64,000 nt of DNA from an uncultured Candidatus Saccharibacteria bacterium (GTDB taxonomy: Bacteria; Patescibacteriota; Saccharimonadia; Saccharimonadales; JALRHH01): positions 7,816 to 71,815 of the forward strand of contig CAYYUY010000005.1 in assembly GCA_964474995.1 (NCBI GenBank), written 5' to 3'. Positions 61,115 to 64,000 of this stretch are shown here, piece after piece (position 1 is the stretch's first letter; the number at the start of each line of letters is the position of its first letter). The notes beneath the pieces are model-generated. The model was not told the DNA's origin and made no database searches. It worked only from the letters and a program-made list of their open reading frames with translations. Made by a program: the position numbers and the translations under genes.

Positions 61115-62638
61115 CTAGAAGCCCTTCGCGACTTTCTTAGCGGTCTTTTCGATGAGTTCTACGGTCTTTTCGGTAGGCTTGTCACCCTTGTTGAGTTCGT
61201 CGACTTCTTTCTTGGCAACATCGGCGAGTTCAGTCAGTAGAGCAGCCTGAACGTCCTTCATCTTGTCGACAGGCACGATATCAAAGATGCCGGCGTTGGC
61301 AGCAATGAGCGTTGCAGTCTGTTCCCAGACACTGAGTGGCTGGTACTGGTGCTGTTTGAGAAGTTCAGTCAAGCGCTGACCACGGTTGATAGATTGCTTG
61401 GTCTCTTCATCGAGGTCAGAACCAAACTGCGCAAACGCTGCAAGCTCACGGAACTGCGCGAGGTTCAAACGAAGTGAACCACTGACGCTTTTGACAGCCT
61501 TAGTCTGAGCAGAGCCACCGACACGAGAAACTGACAAACCAACAGAGATAGCCGGGCGGATACCTTGGTAGAACAAGTCAGTTTCGAGGAAGATCTGACC
61601 ATCAGTAATCGAAATAACGTTGGTTGGGATGTAGGCAGAAATGTCACCAGCCTGGGTTTCGATGATTGGCAGCGCAGTCAATGAACCAGCGCCGAGGTCG
61701 TCAGACAACTTGGCAGCACGCTCGAGTAAACGTGAGTGCAAGTAGAAGACATCACCTGGGTAAGCTTCGCGGCCCGGTGGGCGGCGAAGAAGGAGTGACA
61801 TCTGACGATACGCCGCAGCGTGCTTGGTCAGGTCGTCGTGAATGATCAAGGCATGACCTTTATTGTCACGGAAGTATTCACCCATAGCAGTACCGGTGTA
61901 TGGAGCCAGGAAGAGCAGTGAAGCAGGATCGGCCGGACTGGTTGCAACCACGATAGTCTGATCCATGACTCCTTCTTCTTTGAGACGTTCGACAAGTCGT
62001 GCAACCTTAGAAGATTTTTGACCAATCGCAACGTAGACGTTGATAACACCGGTCTTCTGGCGACCTTGGTTGATCATAGTGTCGATGGTAATGGCAGTTT
62101 TACCGGTCTGACGGTCACCAATGATGAGTTCACGCTGACCACGACCGATTGGCACCATGGTATCGATAGCCATCAGGCCGGTCATGAGTGGTTCATGGAC
62201 GCTTTTTCGGCTAATAACACCTGGGGCAGGACGTTCGACAAGGCCAGTAGCCTTAGACTTGATTTCGCCCTTACCATCGAGTGGGCGACCGAGTGGGTCG
62301 ACAACACGACCAAGCAGTTCAGGACCAACTGGTACTTCGAGCACTTTACCAGTTAGTTTGACCTTGGCGCCGGCTGATACGAGGCTGTCTTCGCCAAGTA
62401 GCACGGCACCGATTTCGTCTTCCATAAGGTTGAGGGCAAATGCCTCAACGGTACTGCCATCAGTACCTTCAATAGTTACGACTTGGTTGAAGCCACAAGC
62501 TTCGAGTCCGTAGATCCAAGCTACACCATCACCGATGCGGGTGACGATACCAGCTTGTTCTAGGCCCTCGCTGCTACGGAGGTCAGCAATTGCTGCCTGT
62601 AGCTCGCGCGAGAGTTCTTTGACGTTTAGTTCTGCCAT
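61115..62638 (-). CDS. atpA: F0F1 ATP synthase subunit alpha
   Basis: P-loop [10 protein letters not shown]; conserved alpha C-terminal domain. Confidence 0.95.
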   Translation of the reverse strand: MAELNVKELSRELQAAIADLRSSEGLEQAGIVTRIGDGVAWIYGLEACGFNQVVTIEGTDGSTVEAFALNLMEDEIGAVLLGEDSLVSAGAKVKLTGKVLEVPVGPELLGRVVDPLGRPLDGKGEIKSKATGLVERPAPGVISRKSVHEPLMTGLMAIDTMVPIGRGQRELIIGDRQTGKTAITIDTMINQGRQKTGVINVYVAIGQKSSKVARLVERLKEEGVMDQTIVVATSPADPASLLFLAPYTGTAMGEYFRDNKGHALIIHDDLTKHAAAYRQMSLLLRRPPGREAYPGDVFYLHSRLLERAAKLSDDLGAGSLTALPIIETQAGDISAYIPTNVISITDGQIFLETDLFYQGIRPAISVGLSVSRVGGSAQTKAVKSVSGSLRLNLAQFRELAAFAQFGSDLDEETKQSINRGQRLTELLKQHQYQPLSVWEQTATLIAANAGIFDIVPVDKMKDVQAALLTELADVAKKEVDELNKGDKPTEKTVELIEKTAKKVAKGF

Positions 62639-62654
62639 AACGTAATAATTCCTT

Positions 62655-63041
62655 CTATGCTTTCAATGCGGTTAGCTTACTGCGTACCGATGCGTTTAGT
62701 TCGGCATTCGGTGTTTTGATAATGACGCCACCGAGCAGGCTGGGGTCAATGCTCGTACTCACCTCAACCGCGGTAGCTTTTTCTGACTGTTTGACAAACT
62801 GTGCAATAGCCTTGATAAGACCATCTGACAACTCACGGGCACTGGTCACATGCGCAAGCACAAGGCCATGATCGTTGGCCAAGTAGGCCTCGATATCACG
62901 GACAAGTAGCTCGGCCTGATTGACACGCTTGCGCTCTACGAGATAAGCAGCCACCTGCGTCAAGAGTGCAGACTGATCTGCACCCGCAAGCAGCTGCTCA
63001 GCCACGTAGCTGGCAAGTTTGCGCCGTGAGACAACCTGCAT
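62655..63041 (-). CDS. atpH: F0F1 ATP synthase subunit delta (short, C-terminal-domain-only form)
   Basis: C-terminal OSCP/delta motif [26 protein letters not shown]. Only ~128 aa, so the N-terminal OSCP helical bundle is reduced. Start overlaps the atpF stop (ATGA). Confidence 0.65.
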   Translation of the reverse strand: MQVVSRRKLASYVAEQLLAGADQSALLTQVAAYLVERKRVNQAELLVRDIEAYLANDHGLVLAHVTSARELSDGLIKAIAQFVKQSEKATAVEVSTSIDPSLLGGVIIKTPNAELNASVRSKLTALKA

Positions 63042-63589
63042 TATTTCGAAGCCTCCGCGAGAGCGTTCTCGATGAGTTTTTCGTCAGCAGCACCAGTCAT
63101 TTTCTGACCAATGATTGCTTCGGTTGCTTCGGCAATAAGTGCCTTGGTTTCTTTCTTGAGCTCGGTGCGAGCTTTTAGGATTTCCTGGTCAAGCTGTGCT
63201 TTGGCTTCAGATACAATGTGCTCAGCCTTTTTGCGGGCCTTGAGCTCTGCATCTTCAACCATGGCAACTGATTCTTTGTGTGCGGTTGCAACGATGTCAG
63301 ATGATTCTTTGCGAGCTTGCGCCAGCAATGCTTCGATCTTTTCTTCGGTGCCCTGCAACTCATCCGCAGCTTGTTTAGCCTGTTCAAGGCTATCAAGCAC
63401 CGTCTGGCGACGCGTCTCGAGCGTATCGATCAGTTTGCCGTAGACGTATTTGCGGAGCAAGACCAGTACCAATACAAATGTAATCAGCTGGAACAGGAAT
63501 GCCTTGCCATTGATACCAAGGACGCCAAGACCACCAGCTGATTCAGCCGCCGCTTCTGCGCTTCCAAATTGTAATAATACGTTGATCAC
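63041..63589 (-). CDS. atpF: F0F1 ATP synthase subunit b
   Basis: Single N-terminal TM helix, then a long charged coiled coil (AEL..AR..A..I...A); operon position between atpE and atpH. Confidence 0.75.
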   Translation of the reverse strand: MINVLLQFGSAEAAAESAGGLGVLGINGKAFLFQLITFVLVLVLLRKYVYGKLIDTLETRRQTVLDSLEQAKQAADELQGTEEKIEALLAQARKESSDIVATAHKESVAMVEDAELKARKKAEHIVSEAKAQLDQEILKARTELKKETKALIAEATEAIIGQKMTGAADEKLIENALAEASK

Positions 63590-63608
63590 TCTGTGTTATT
63601 TCCTTGGA

Positions 63609-63824
63609 CTATGAAGTGGTGAAAACAATTAGTAGTACGAAGGCCAAAACAGCGTCAACAAGACCAGCCATGATGAAGGCTGTCGAAAGCACCTTACCTT
63701 GTGCTTCTGGGTTACGACCAACTGAACGAACAGCTGAAGCACCAATCATACCAACACCGATTGCTGGACCGATTGCGCCAAATGCGATTGTTAAACCTTT
63801 GATGAGTTCTGGTGTTACTTCCAT
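63609..63824 (-). CDS. atpE: F0F1 ATP synthase subunit c
   Basis: 71-aa hairpin with GxGxGxG (GAIGPAIGVGMIGA) and the essential carboxylate in helix 2 (AFIMAGLVDAV). Confidence 0.85.
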   Translation of the reverse strand: MEVTPELIKGLTIAFGAIGPAIGVGMIGASAVRSVGRNPEAQGKVLSTAFIMAGLVDAVLAFVLLIVFTTS

Positions 63825-63866
63825 GTTATTTCTCCTATTACTTTCAACTTAACTTAATTTAAACAG

Positions 63867-64000
63867 CTATCTGGTCGCCTCTGCAACCTTTGGGGCTACA
63901 TGAGGTATCTCTTCATCGTGTTCGGCATGCTCGTCGCGCGTGGCATTTGCCATGTACACCATACTAAGCATCATGAACAGATAAGCCTGAATAACACCGA
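63867..64000 (-). CDS. atpB: F0F1 ATP synthase subunit a, C-terminal part (gene continues beyond window end)
   Basis: Manual minus-strand translation gives ...GVIQAYLFMMLSMVYMANATRDEHAEHDEEIPHVAPKVAEATR-stop. This matches the conserved C-terminal helix of subunit a, including the essential Arg region upstream. Confidence 0.65.
   Translation of the reverse strand, partial: GVIQAYLFMMLSMVYMANATRDEHAEHDEEIPHVAPKVAEATR

Overview
Chromosomal segment from a small-genome bacterium with roughly 50% G+C. Gene sizes and content (short DnaX, short ATP synthase delta subunit, RecR without its zinc finger, many glycosyltransferases) suggest a reduced, possibly Patescibacteria/Saccharibacteria-like organism; this is inference only. 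The standard genetic code is in use, since genes stop at TGA, TAA and TAG with expected protein lengths. Conserved housekeeping blocks on the plus strand are secE-nusG-rplK-rplA ... rplJ-rplL, dnaX-dnaB, ybaB-recR, nrnA-cysS, tgt-nudix, and an MFS exporter with two MarR regulators. The minus strand carries a cytochrome bo3 quinol oxidase operon (cyoABCD) with divergent cyoE, a thiol-redox cluster (glutaredoxin-like protein, CcdA-thioredoxin fusion, VKOR), an envelope cluster (two GT4, an alpha/beta hydrolase, a VanY-like peptidase, YaaA), and the F1Fo ATP synthase operon (atpB partial, then E-F-H-A-G-D-C). There are two tRNAs, tRNA-Trp(CCA) and tRNA-Gln(UUG), both on the minus strand. Features worth a second look: (1) a visibly AT-rich 996-aa ORF with an intact RelA/SpoT (alarmone-synthetase/toxSAS-type) nucleotidyltransferase domain fused to an ~800-aa helical-repeat domain, next to tRNA-Trp, a zeta-toxin/PNK-like P-loop kinase and a DUF45 metallopeptidase; (2) an ~8.7-kb insertion splitting rplKA from rplJL that carries a Dcd - Tmk::tandem-ThyX-like deoxynucleotide module, an MprF-like synthase and four unknown ORFs; (3) a CyoD-cupredoxin-like fusion with a free-standing paralogue; (4) a tRNA-Gln locus flanked by degenerate half-copies of itself; (5) a Cys-rich ORF whose frame continues upstream through a single in-frame TGA to an ATG-initiated 36-codon ORF (selenoprotein, readthrough or pseudogene candidate). 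No CRISPR array, rRNA, integrase or transposase was seen.
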